Positions 25,591 to 36,200 of a DNA stretch of 64,000 bases are shown in pieces; position 1 is the stretch's first letter, and each line of letters begins with the position of its first letter. A model generated the notes under the pieces. It was not told the DNA's origin and did no database searches. It worked only from the letters and a program-made list of their open reading frames with translations. The stretch is from a virus: UHGV virus genome UHGV-1351772. One strand, written 5' to 3'. A program made the translations under genes and the position numbers.

Positions 25591-27051
25591 TTAAAGTTTA
25601 TCGACAAATACTGAGCCTGCGATCCAGTTCAGTACATAGTCAATCATCCAACTGGTTGCGGCTTCTGCCGGGTCGGTGTTCTCAATCATCGCGGTATGAA
25701 TCGTACGCATCAGCGGATCAATTTCGTAGGCGCAGAATACGGAGTTACATGCAGTCCGGATGATAAACAACGTAATGTCTTCGTCTGCGTTGACAAAGAA
25801 ATCATCACAAATACCCATAACAACCTGCTTGACTTCTTCGCGAGTACGCGTCAGTTCGCCAACAGTCAGGTAGCCCTGGTCGAGTTGGTCGATTGCAATC
25901 GAGAACGCTGTTTTCAGCGCCTGACGGTTACGACTTACCCAGTCGAGTTCATTTCGTTTCTGAACGATAATCGCACGACGATTGTAAGCTTCAACGTAGG
26001 CTTTCTGGTTTTCCAGCAGAGATGCGACACGTGCGGAAACGTTATAGTCACCTTCGTCCATCAGGTAAATGGCACCCAACAGGGCTTCAACGATGCCGCC
26101 TTTTTCCAGGTAGTCGTCCATCGTTTCCTGACAGATATAGACGTTTTTCTCGTTGGTATCGTAAGAGTAAACGATGTTACCTGTGGCGACACGGTTAGCC
26201 ACCGCTTTTTCGAAACCGTATACCCAACCGATAGATGTGTAATACGCACGACCCATTTCCGCTTTCCATTTCAGGGCGTCAACACCTGAGTCAGGCCATG
26301 GACGTTCAATGAAGAACGAAGACAACAGCAGTACCAGAACACGTTCTTTTACCATCTCCGGCGCTTTATCTGCAACAGGTACGGTGTAGTTACCTGCCAG
26401 CAGCAGTTTTGCTGCATCGTACATGCTGAGGTTCAGGTCGTTCAGTAATTTACGTACCAGTTCATCGTACGCTTTTACACCTGTTTCCGGAATCTCGATG
26501 TCGGTCGGTACATCGAACTTGATTGGGTCGTAAGTTGTGCCATTACCCATCGGGTTGGCGATTTCTTGAATCAGCGCCTGGACAACCGGGGAATCTACAC
26601 ACGGATCGATACCTACCGGAATCAGGTTCCAGTCTTCGACCAACGGTTTGACATCTTCAATCGTGTTATTCTGGATAACCAGCTGCACAAACGGTTGAAC
26701 AACGTTACGGGCAAAGTCCAGCATCCCGTTGCAACGCTGAATGGCCATGTTTTTCAGTTCGAATAGCGTGGTTTCATGATCGTCAACACGCAGCGCTTCA
26801 ACTTCAACAGCACCGTCACGAATAATCGAAGCTTCCGCTGTACCGTCTACTGGACGTTTAAGCTGCGTAATCGCGGGCAGTTCCTGGAAGAACTGTTCGT
26901 CGGTGATTGTGGTATCGAAAACGCGGGTAGGGTCGACCGCACGGTTGAGCAAATCAACCGGAGAGTCAACGTCTGTGCCAAGCTGAACATTATGCTGTTT
27001 GCACAGTTTCATGGCGTTAGTAACCGCATTCAGCGAGTATAAACTGATCAT
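25591..27051 (-). CDS. hypothetical protein, possibly highly expressed (486 aa)
   Basis: A 197-aa stop-free antisense frame suggests strong codon bias. No motif recognised. Confidence 0.7.
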   Translation of the reverse strand: MISLYSLNAVTNAMKLCKQHNVQLGTDVDSPVDLLNRAVDPTRVFDTTITDEQFFQELPAITQLKRPVDGTAEASIIRDGAVEVEALRVDDHETTLFELKNMAIQRCNGMLDFARNVVQPFVQLVIQNNTIEDVKPLVEDWNLIPVGIDPCVDSPVVQALIQEIANPMGNGTTYDPIKFDVPTDIEIPETGVKAYDELVRKLLNDLNLSMYDAAKLLLAGNYTVPVADKAPEMVKERVLVLLLSSFFIERPWPDSGVDALKWKAEMGRAYYTSIGWVYGFEKAVANRVATGNIVYSYDTNEKNVYICQETMDDYLEKGGIVEALLGAIYLMDEGDYNVSARVASLLENQKAYVEAYNRRAIIVQKRNELDWVSRNRQALKTAFSIAIDQLDQGYLTVGELTRTREEVKQVVMGICDDFFVNADEDITLFIIRTACNSVFCAYEIDPLMRTIHTAMIENTDPAEAATSWMIDYVLNWIAGSVFVDKL

Positions 27052-27341
27052 TGTTTAACCTCTTTATTCGTGCTGATGTTCGCCTGAAGCATCGCGTACA
27101 AACGCGCGCCCACCAGATCTGCGATATCACGTTTCAGCAGTTTCTGATCACCGATACGGTCAGACATTCCTGAGTTACCGCGAATCAGACCATGCACAAT
27201 CTCCGTTGCTAATTCGACAGTATTACCTAAAGACACGTAGTTGGTACGTTGAATGGGACTGTATCCCTCCACGTTTTGCTGGGTAATATTTTTCCCAGTC
27301 GGAATACCGTGTCGCTGTTTGATTTTATCTAGAATAGACAT
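27048..27341 (-). CDS. hypothetical protein (97 aa)
   Basis: 4-nt overlap with the downstream gene. Confidence 0.55.
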   Translation of the reverse strand: MSILDKIKQRHGIPTGKNITQQNVEGYSPIQRTNYVSLGNTVELATEIVHGLIRGNSGMSDRIGDQKLLKRDIADLVGARLYAMLQANISTNKEVKQ

Positions 27342-27388
27342 TCTCTTCTCCGGAGTTTACAAGGGTGGGAGCGACCCACCCCTCGAGA

Positions 27389-30300
27389 TTATTTAAGTGT
27401 CGCGGGTAAATCAGGCACAGCCTCCCCATCGAGTATACGCCCGATGAGAATCCCGGCTTGTTCACCTACAGCATTCGCGGTACCGATACGTTGGATTGAA
27501 CCTACGATACGCGCATCGACGGAATCACGACCGAACAACACGTCCAGGTCATCACCATCCTCTGTTTTGTTGTCGCCGTACATGACTTCTTGTACGGTGG
27601 TTTTTAGCTGGTTAGCAATAACCATCTTATCCGCAGCGGCCATCTCAACGTCGTGTGTAATAAAGAATCGAACACAAAGTGAGTTAAAGGCCAAGGGTAC
27701 ACCTTCAACACGGTAGTCGCCGTTTACACTGCCTGAAACCGGATCACCGCGTCCGACTGCCAGTGCGGCCTTACGACGAATTCTGTCGTATTTACGCACC
27801 AGTTCAGCAAGACTTGGTGTCATGTCTTCGGTTTCACCGTGATACACCACTTCGATTTTATCCACGATACCACGTACCCCTGCACGAGGTGCGTACGAAC
27901 TTAAACTTTGCAACGTTGCGGCTGCTTCCTGACTAAAGGCACTCATATCGCCTGTCAAGTCGTCAGTAAACGTGCATAGGATTGTGTCGACGTCTACGTG
28001 GTCGCCCTCATTCACGATTTCCAAAAGCATTTGGTTGCTGTTAATCGTTACTTCTTTCAGCTTTGTTACCTGCCCCACCATTTTCTTCGCGAACCGTTCA
28101 GAAATTGCGTTGGAGTCTTCGATAACTTCTTCAGCTTCTAATAAAGCAACGGTAGCCAGCACCCCGTTTTTCCAGGAAACCTGAGTAGGATCGTAAATAT
28201 CAGGTTCAAAGTGTTGCTCGTTATACGTAATCACTGCTCCGGCCGGGAGCTTGTCACCGGCTTTCCAGCGTGTTACCAAGGTGTGCGGATAGAAGGTACC
28301 TTCGTGGGGGCCGAACCAGCGCCCTAGAGGAAAGGCTTCTTTACTTCCATCTTCGTACGTAATTTCAATGTGGTCTTTCGACAGACCAGTAATCTTACCT
28401 GCTTTATCAATAACGCGTGCATGTTTCACCGACGTACGGTGTGCGACGAATTTCTCCTGTTCAGTACGGTACGGGGTTGTGGTTGCCCCATTACAACTGG
28501 TGGCAGAACCTAACTGAATCCCAACGAAGTTTTGACGCTTTGCGTCGTCCATTAACGTATCGGGTACTAACCCGTCAATAAACGAAAGGGTATCGCTTGG
28601 TTTCGGGGTTTTCTCTTCACGTTTAAACGTAGTACCGTCAACGGTGTCAAAACGTGGGTTATTGGTGACGAAAGCAGTAATACCTACGTCGCCGTTATCT
28701 ACGGTGTTACCCGAGACTATCCCGATATCGCTGGGTTGGAACTCACGTGTGTGGTAGACCATCGTTTTACGATTACGACCACCTGTACCCCCCATCGTAA
28801 TAACGTCTTTTTCTTTAATTGACTGGATAGGGTTAGCACCTGGTGCCAAAAGTACCGACGGGTCGGAGTTAATTGCACCCCAAACCATGTCTTGCGTCAG
28901 TTCGAACTTACGGTTACTGCCCGGTGCGTTATTGTAGTTACGCATCGCTCTGACCATCGCGGTATAGATGTGGTAGGCAATCCTCTGATTTCCTAAGAAC
29001 ATCATTTCATCGCCGTTAATCTCTGGTAAAGAGTGGTCAGTTTGTAACAGTTCGTTAGAACGTTCCAGCAAGCCAATAAAGGTTTCCGGCTCACCCATTT
29101 TCCTGAGGATACGTGCGTGCATGTCGTCAACAAACGCGGACCGCATCTGTTTCAGCTCGTTGATGTACCGTGGTGTTAGGCCATCTGCATCACGTAATAA
29201 GTTCAGGTAAATGTCTTCACGGTCTGCTTCTGATTCGGTATAAGCAACCAGGTGTTTGAGATAACGATCCAAACCATGCAGAATCATCTTCTGTTGATCG
29301 TTATCGCAAGTAACTAAAAGTTTACAGTCTTGTAGTCGAATAATGCTGTCGTAGGCATTCTTATCAACACGTTGCCCTGCGGGAACCAACTCGTATTGGA
29401 TACCGAAATGTTTCAACATTCCCTGGAGTCCAAGATAGAACGAGAAGATAAAACCAAGCGACAAAGATTTACCCATCAAAGACAGCTCGGTCATTTCGCG
29501 AGGCACTTTCTGGTTATTAAAGCCCAGTACCTCTGCGATAGTTCCCACCGGTTCAACTTTGTTTCCGTTCACACCGTAAAGCATGGATTTGTCATCCATT
29601 GCCAGGATTGTTTCACTACGCGGACGTTTCGCCACCGGCAAAAGTTTGGCAGCATCGGCGTCTCTGAGTTGCTCGTCGTTAAAGAAGTTAACGGCTTCTT
29701 TGTAGTCGAAGTTCCACATATAGCCGTTCGCATTAAAGCTGGCAATACGACGCGCAATCTCCGTATACTGACGCGGCAGATGTTGCGTAGGATCGAACAC
29801 ATTTGCTAAACGTGCGTCGGTGACTTCGGTGTTTGTCGGGTCAACGGCGCGTGTGATGATCGCATTGGTTAACCAACGACCGTAGTCGTTTGCGACCTTA
29901 TCACTACGACGGACAAAGTTTTTACCGTAAGCGGTAGTCAGTGCGACAGTATCCGGTGCAACCTTACGGATCGGTAAGTCCACACGTTGCCGACGCATGG
30001 TGTATTCGACACCATTAGCGACCCAGGTACCGTCTTCGGTCAAGCCTGGGATGGAGAAGCGAACGGTTGTTGGTTCACCACCGACTGGCTGAACACGTAA
30101 AGTGTGGTGCTCGATAGTCCCTGTAACAGAAACCTCTTTTTCCACCGTGTGGTTGTGAACTGCCAGACCCAAACGTTGTGAGCTGGCGACCGCCGCCAGT
30201 ACGTCCTTCGTCATCATGGTCTGGTTGTACTGTTTCACCATCTGGTCGGTGACGTTCTCTGCCCACCCTTCATCAGTAACAAGTCGCTGAACTTTTTTCG

Positions 30301-31555
30301 GTTCGGCTTTAACGACAATATCTTTCTCGTGAACAGTCAGTGCTTCCCCGTAGGTTTCTTTCGGGTTATACGGGTTAGGTAACTGAACGAAACGTTTAGA
30401 CGATTCTGACAGGAACTGATATGCTTTAGAACTTAAGCGGCCCGCTTCAGCTAAGCGTTGTGCTTCCTGTTTAATAATCTCGTCATGCGGAATGACTTTC
30501 TCGACGACGATAGTCGTCGGTTTGACGTCTTCCTTCGGTTCTTCAATAACAACGTCTTCTTTTTCATCGAAGGTGTTATCGGATTCGACCACAGCGTCAT
30601 TAACAACGTCGTCATCATCGACAACATCAACGGTTTCTTCTTCGACGTCTTTAAGGAAAACACGCTCGTCGCCTTCAGGCGTTAGGAATTCCGCTTCGTA
30701 CGCGTTAGACGGTGCTTGTGTCATTACACGCACCAGCGTACGGTAGAACATCCTGGCCATTTGGTCGTCACTTAAACGACCGCCGGATGACTTACGCATT
30801 TTCTCTACAACACCCATGTTCATGGACGTAAAGCCCGTGTTGTGGGTGAAGATAAAGTTCATTCGTGACAGCTGAGTTAAATCCATTCCCGCGAATAAGG
30901 AATCGGATTGTTTTCCATAAGCCCAAGCAAACAACTCCAATAACCACAGCAAGTTGAAGTCCTGGAACTTCTCAATCTTACTCTTAACGCGATCGTTATA
31001 GGTTGTTTGAAACTTCTGGAACGAAGGTAGAGTCGAACCTAGTTCAATAACGAAATAGTTCTGACGCATGTATTCTTGCGTGTCGTATTTGAACTGGTTA
31101 ATCATCAACAGTTGGATGTTACGCAGTCTATCGTACCAGGCTAACTGGGTATCAGGATAGTAATAGTGCGATAGCATCGGTGTGTAGTTCTCGACCAGGA
31201 GAACTTTTAAGTCTTTGCGAACCAGATCGTCTGAGGTAAGACGACGCATCGGTCGGTTTGCACGGTGGTAAGCAAAGATAGCACGTTCTTGCCCCTGAAC
31301 AGGTTTGTTGCGCGGATGACCGCTAATACCGTCTTCCGGTAATTTAAAGTGGTGACGAACCTGTGCAGGTTTTTCTAACGGTTGAATAATCTCGAGTGTT
31401 GCAGGTGGCGCTAACACCACCTGGTCGAGATCAATGACATGGAGTACAGAACCACGTGGTATCTGTAGCTTCTCGAGCGGGATAATCCTCGGATTACCAA
31501 ACTCGTCAGTTTTACGCACCGAGAAGCGTTGGTTAAACTGTTTAATGAGCAGCAT
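27389..31555 (-). CDS. multisubunit RNA polymerase beta-like subunit (1388 aa), lacking the extreme beta C-terminus
   Basis: MGGTGGRNRKTMVYHTREFQPSDIGIVSGNTVDNGDVGI aligns with bacterial beta GPGGL..EVRDVH.SHYGR.CP.ETPEG.NIGL. EDSNAISERF aligns with FEDAILISER. AADKMVIANQLKT sits at the GDKMAGRHGNKG position. An acidic low-complexity insert lies at about aa 300-370. Confidence 0.7.
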   Translation of the reverse strand: MLLIKQFNQRFSVRKTDEFGNPRIIPLEKLQIPRGSVLHVIDLDQVVLAPPATLEIIQPLEKPAQVRHHFKLPEDGISGHPRNKPVQGQERAIFAYHRANRPMRRLTSDDLVRKDLKVLLVENYTPMLSHYYYPDTQLAWYDRLRNIQLLMINQFKYDTQEYMRQNYFVIELGSTLPSFQKFQTTYNDRVKSKIEKFQDFNLLWLLELFAWAYGKQSDSLFAGMDLTQLSRMNFIFTHNTGFTSMNMGVVEKMRKSSGGRLSDDQMARMFYRTLVRVMTQAPSNAYEAEFLTPEGDERVFLKDVEEETVDVVDDDDVVNDAVVESDNTFDEKEDVVIEEPKEDVKPTTIVVEKVIPHDEIIKQEAQRLAEAGRLSSKAYQFLSESSKRFVQLPNPYNPKETYGEALTVHEKDIVVKAEPKKVQRLVTDEGWAENVTDQMVKQYNQTMMTKDVLAAVASSQRLGLAVHNHTVEKEVSVTGTIEHHTLRVQPVGGEPTTVRFSIPGLTEDGTWVANGVEYTMRRQRVDLPIRKVAPDTVALTTAYGKNFVRRSDKVANDYGRWLTNAIITRAVDPTNTEVTDARLANVFDPTQHLPRQYTEIARRIASFNANGYMWNFDYKEAVNFFNDEQLRDADAAKLLPVAKRPRSETILAMDDKSMLYGVNGNKVEPVGTIAEVLGFNNQKVPREMTELSLMGKSLSLGFIFSFYLGLQGMLKHFGIQYELVPAGQRVDKNAYDSIIRLQDCKLLVTCDNDQQKMILHGLDRYLKHLVAYTESEADREDIYLNLLRDADGLTPRYINELKQMRSAFVDDMHARILRKMGEPETFIGLLERSNELLQTDHSLPEINGDEMMFLGNQRIAYHIYTAMVRAMRNYNNAPGSNRKFELTQDMVWGAINSDPSVLLAPGANPIQSIKEKDVITMGGTGGRNRKTMVYHTREFQPSDIGIVSGNTVDNGDVGITAFVTNNPRFDTVDGTTFKREEKTPKPSDTLSFIDGLVPDTLMDDAKRQNFVGIQLGSATSCNGATTTPYRTEQEKFVAHRTSVKHARVIDKAGKITGLSKDHIEITYEDGSKEAFPLGRWFGPHEGTFYPHTLVTRWKAGDKLPAGAVITYNEQHFEPDIYDPTQVSWKNGVLATVALLEAEEVIEDSNAISERFAKKMVGQVTKLKEVTINSNQMLLEIVNEGDHVDVDTILCTFTDDLTGDMSAFSQEAAATLQSLSSYAPRAGVRGIVDKIEVVYHGETEDMTPSLAELVRKYDRIRRKAALAVGRGDPVSGSVNGDYRVEGVPLAFNSLCVRFFITHDVEMAAADKMVIANQLKTTVQEVMYGDNKTEDGDDLDVLFGRDSVDARIVGSIQRIGTANAVGEQAGILIGRILDGEAVPDLPATLK

Positions 31556-31564
31556 TGCTTAGCC

Positions 31565-33184
31565 TTATGGGTTCTTTAATAACGCTTGCGTTGCACGTTT
31601 AATCACGTTGTTGATAGGATTGATTTTAAAGTTCCCATCAGAATCGAACCAGTAGTTTTTCGAGTGTATCCAGTTCCGGTTTTCCTCGAGCGCTTCCTGG
31701 GACATAGGCGCGTTAAACGACCCGGTATCGCCATCGTAGTCACCCCCTAAGCCACCTAGACGTGAAGGGTGTGGTGCCATCGACTCAACGAAGGTAGGAA
31801 CCGACCGGTCAGGGTAGCTGATAGCCCCTCGGGGTTTTTCAGTTTCCCAGTCATCTTCCAGTTCTTTTAAATATAAAGATGACGTGGTGGTCTCCAATCT
31901 TATGGTCGATGAATACGTCGAGCCTCGGCCTGTAACGGGATAACGTGTAACGAAACCGAAATAATCGTTCCAAAGTTCGTAGCCCGACAAATAAAGCAAT
32001 TCGACGAGTGTCATACCGTGGACGAATTTTCGGTCAAACGTTTTAGGAAGTTCTTCAATATCGTAGAACACCTTAAAATGTTTGGTGTCTTGGTAAACCA
32101 ACGCAACGTAGTGGGTGTCGTCCAACATAATCGGCTGATGGCGAAGCCCGCGAGCTTCCATTCGGTTGATTAAGGATTCAATCCCATCGTCGGTGGTGAA
32201 GGTGTCGTATACACGACCACCTACTTCCAAGAATTCACGTTTAAGGGTTTTGGTGTTTACGCCGTAAAGGTTGCCATCACCGGCACGGATGTTACCGAGG
32301 TAACGTTCACGTATCTGGTATTGGGCGACAGGGAGTAATGCTTTTAAACCCTGGTATAAACCAATTTTGGTGTCGGTAGGACGAATAGCGTCTTCACGAC
32401 CCATGCACTTAGACCCCGTCGAGAACGAGGACAGTACGTTACGTGTCCCGTTCATTAATTTACGAGACGTCACTTTACGACGTTGGAAACCCCCTTTACC
32501 GTCTTGGATGTTAAAGAAATACATCCAGATATCGTTGAAGGTTTGTTGCAGCTTCCAGCGTACGGGGTTAGTTAATTCAACACGGGTTGCCCGGTCAGGG
32601 ATCGCCCTGGCGAGAGATACCAACCGACGATACATCCCGCCGATTTCTTCTTCCTGTTCTCTACCATCTTGTCGAATTACTAAATCGCGTAAACCCGCGG
32701 GTAACACGAGAACGTATCGACTAAGACTAACGGGACGGAATTTCAAAAAGAAATCCACGGTTTCGTCACGTTGTAGGGACTCGTTACGCTTAGGTTTTAA
32801 ATCGTTATAGTGATTGAGGAAGAAGTTAAAACCGGTATCTGCGCCTGGGTCTCCCGGCAAGGCCGGTTCGAAATCTTTTTCTTTTTCGCTCCACGTTGCG
32901 TAGCGTTTTCCAGAACAAATTTCTTCGTAGAGTTGTTTGAGTTGGAATAACGCCAAACACACTGTCGGCGAAATGATATCGAGTTTAATATCGATATAAG
33001 AGAAAGTAGAGTCTCGCGCTTCACTCCCCGTGAGTCCAAATATCTCTGTAGAGTAAAGACCTTCGGGGTGAAAGTTTTTTGTTAACCCCTGGAAAGTATC
33101 CGTGGTCGTGACGGGTCGTAATCGCGACACAAGAGACTTGTTTACATTGAGCAGATAAAAGTCAACCCAATTAAGTTTATTCAC
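31565..33184 (-). CDS. multisubunit RNA polymerase beta-prime-like N-terminal fragment (539 aa)
   Basis: GGDYDGDTGSFNAPMSQEALEE (nt 31727-31741 encode DYDGD) aligns with beta-prime [23 protein letters not shown]. GTG start follows AGGAG. The ORF ends about 45 aa after the metal-binding motif. Confidence 0.75.
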   Translation of the reverse strand: MNKLNWVDFYLLNVNKSLVSRLRPVTTTDTFQGLTKNFHPEGLYSTEIFGLTGSEARDSTFSYIDIKLDIISPTVCLALFQLKQLYEEICSGKRYATWSEKEKDFEPALPGDPGADTGFNFFLNHYNDLKPKRNESLQRDETVDFFLKFRPVSLSRYVLVLPAGLRDLVIRQDGREQEEEIGGMYRRLVSLARAIPDRATRVELTNPVRWKLQQTFNDIWMYFFNIQDGKGGFQRRKVTSRKLMNGTRNVLSSFSTGSKCMGREDAIRPTDTKIGLYQGLKALLPVAQYQIRERYLGNIRAGDGNLYGVNTKTLKREFLEVGGRVYDTFTTDDGIESLINRMEARGLRHQPIMLDDTHYVALVYQDTKHFKVFYDIEELPKTFDRKFVHGMTLVELLYLSGYELWNDYFGFVTRYPVTGRGSTYSSTIRLETTTSSLYLKELEDDWETEKPRGAISYPDRSVPTFVESMAPHPSRLGGLGGDYDGDTGSFNAPMSQEALEENRNWIHSKNYWFDSDGNFKINPINNVIKRATQALLKNP

Positions 33185-33260
33185 GCTAAATCTCCTGATA
33201 CGGATTAAACGTTATGGCTAAAAAGGTAAAGATGATTTCGATGAAATCGATCTTGATAAC

Positions 33261-36200
33261 ATGGACGACTGGGACGATTTTGATGAGCCCCCTCGTCAAC
33301 AAGACCAATCGCGTAACCCGGTCATGGACACATTTCGTGCTGCCCGTAAGTCGGCGTTGTCGACTATCTGGCCCGAAAACAAACGTGATCAGGTTATTTT
33401 AAAAGGGATGCCTAAACCTGCGGCAGAAGCCTACGAAGGCTATCAAAACGTTAAAGCTGCAGGTCAAGACATTCTGGCCCATACGAAAGACGAGATTGAA
33501 AAGACGTCTCGCGTCGTCAAGATGCAAGCGAGACAGTTAGGTCCAACACTGAAACGGTATTTACCGGAATCCGTAACACGGAAAATCGACAAGTGGGCAC
33601 GTAACGATCAAATCGACTATGGGAATTACGATCCTAAACAAGCGATGATGGATCGTGAGCTGGACAGCGTGTTCTCAGGCGCACCGCAAACAGCGGACCA
33701 GCAACGTGAGGCGCAAGAGGGGATGGTTGAAGACCGCTTGCGCGACACGATTAAGGACATGAAGTCCGACGCACTGTTCCAGACCGTAATCGGTATTGCA
33801 AAAGACGTCAACTTAACGACTAGCCTAAGTCGTGGCGTGTTGTTGAATGTTCAGCGTAAGCAGTTAGAGCTGCAATATCGGACGCTGTTTGCTTTGCAGG
33901 ATATTGCGAAACTCAAACAAGACGAGTTTGCACGCAACACCCCGGCATTAGAAGCCATCGTTAAGAACACGGCACTACCCGACTACGCGAAGGAAGAGTT
34001 TTCTGAAATTCGTTGGGCTAATGTAAAACGTAAAGCTGCGGAGTGGATGAACCCCTTACACTACGCAGATAATTTCATTGGCCAGATTCGCGAAAACGCG
34101 AAGAAGAAAATCTCGAACATCTTTAGTGATGGTCGTGGGATTCTAGAACAAGTTCTAGGGATGGCTCAGGAAGATGACTTTGACATGTCGGACAGCTCAT
34201 CGTTGTCTCCTGACCGTCGTAACACAAACTCGCGTAATAAAGCGGCAGGTTTTGCAGGTGGTTGGTTAGCAAAACGTCTCTTACAACCCCAGATCGAACG
34301 ACTTCAGAACTGGACGCGTGGCGAGCTAGAGAAAAACCCAGAAGTCATGAAACGCCTACAGTTGGCGAAGTATGGCTTTGGAAATTTGTCGTCTATTTCT
34401 AACTCGGCAATAGCGGGAGAAACAAGCGGTCCGTTAGCTGATCTGTTTCGACTAATGCACGATTTGGGACTAGTTAACCCGCTACGTCGCGAAACCTTAG
34501 CATTAGACGATCGTTCTGCGGAATCTCTTTCTGCGGCGGCGAAGTTCGATCGTAAAGCTTACCTTAGTATCACAGAAGTTATTCCGACGTTACTGTCCGA
34601 GATTAACAAATCTATTCGTCGTGGGTATGGCGAACACCACGATCAGGTTTATGACCTGACCACGCGCGGTATGGTGGATCGCAAAGTTATTGGTAATCGT
34701 GTACGTAAGGCCGTTGCTAATGACGATCAGCGCAAACGTTTACAGACGTACATCAACGACACTGTCGACTTTATCGATAAAGATAAAACGCTCGATAGGA
34801 AAACACGTCAAGCGTTAGCGGACTACATCGAGTCTCGTGCCTCGGAAGGGAAAGCGTTCGATGTAGGGTCTTTATTGAAAGACCCGATGCACATGTATCG
34901 ATACATGAACGCAAACGCTGTGGAAGCGATTCAGGGTGTTTTAGAAGCCCGTTCTGCGGAACTGGTTGGCGGACACCATGAACTGAGTAATGCGATTTCA
35001 AACAAAATCGCCGCTATCCAGTCAACGATTCGTGCACGTCAAGACACGGTTGATGCTGCGTCTGTGATTTACGGCGAGAACGCACTTCGTGATTCCGGTA
35101 TTTTTAAATACGATGCGAAGAAAGACATTTTCGAGGTCGATAAGGACATTAACGATCCCTATACGTTATTTAATGACCTGTCGATGGGTAAGACCCGCTC
35201 TGGACGTTCGTTAACCCGTGAGCAAGAGATTCAGCGTAAATTGCAAAACGGTTCTGCGCTGGGTGATTACTTGCGACGGATGGGTGCAGGCGCAGAGCCG
35301 AGCTTTGAAGACAAAGAACTGTCCAATGTACGTGGCGGTGGAAAAGGAGGTCGTGGTCGCGGTTTAAGCGCACGCCAACTCGCTGCGGTACTTTATGGAG
35401 AGAAATCCACTAACTTTGTTGAACTGTTAAGCAGTCGTCCAGACACGAACGCCGGGTTGGAACAGCAATTCGACCGTTTGATTGATGCTGTACGTAAACA
35501 GCCCGAATCTAGCACAGTGCAAGATATCCTCAAACACGTTAAGAACATGGATGAGGAAGGTATTCTCCTAGCCAGTTTAGGCGGTAGTCGTGATGACGGT
35601 GACGAATCTGAAAGTTCGAGTGACTCGGGTCGTAAACGTCGTCGTAAACGCAAACGTATTGTGCTAGGCGAGACAGGCTTGTTACGCCGTTGGGCTGGGG
35701 TGCTTTGGGATACCGGTTCAGGTGTAGGGCGGTTTGGTAAGAATCTGTTCCTACGTGGGAAAGATCGTCTGCAGGCTTTAGGTGGTTTTATCCGTGGGAA
35801 ATTCTCAGGCGGCTCCTCCGAAGGACCCGGTGTATTTAGCCGACTGAAAGGGTTAGTAACAGGTACTCTATCGACAGGTTGGAATTCTGCTGTAGCTTTC
35901 GGTAAAGGCGTTTTAGGTGTTCGTGATATTTACGATGAACGTGGCAACGTCGTATTACAAGGAAGTCGTTTAGAAGCTGGGGAATATTACCAGGCTGACC
36001 CGAAAACTGAGAAGCTGATTCAACTTAAAACCCTCGACGATATTAAACTGGGACGTGATATTGTCGATGAAGCGGGTAATTTAATCTTAGCTGCTGCTGA
36101 TTTGGCTGCCGCAGGTAAACTGCGTTTCTACAAAGGTGGTAAAGTTCAAGCGCTTTTCCAGTACATTTCTGGGAAAGCAGGAACGGCGGTAAACAAAGCT

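Noticed and set aside
33214-33402. 62-aa ORF overlapping the 5' end of the giant gene
   Set aside because: It has no SD and an unnatural sequence, and it lies out of frame within a strongly supported gene. It is considered only as a possible donor of an initiation codon in the frameshift hypothesis.
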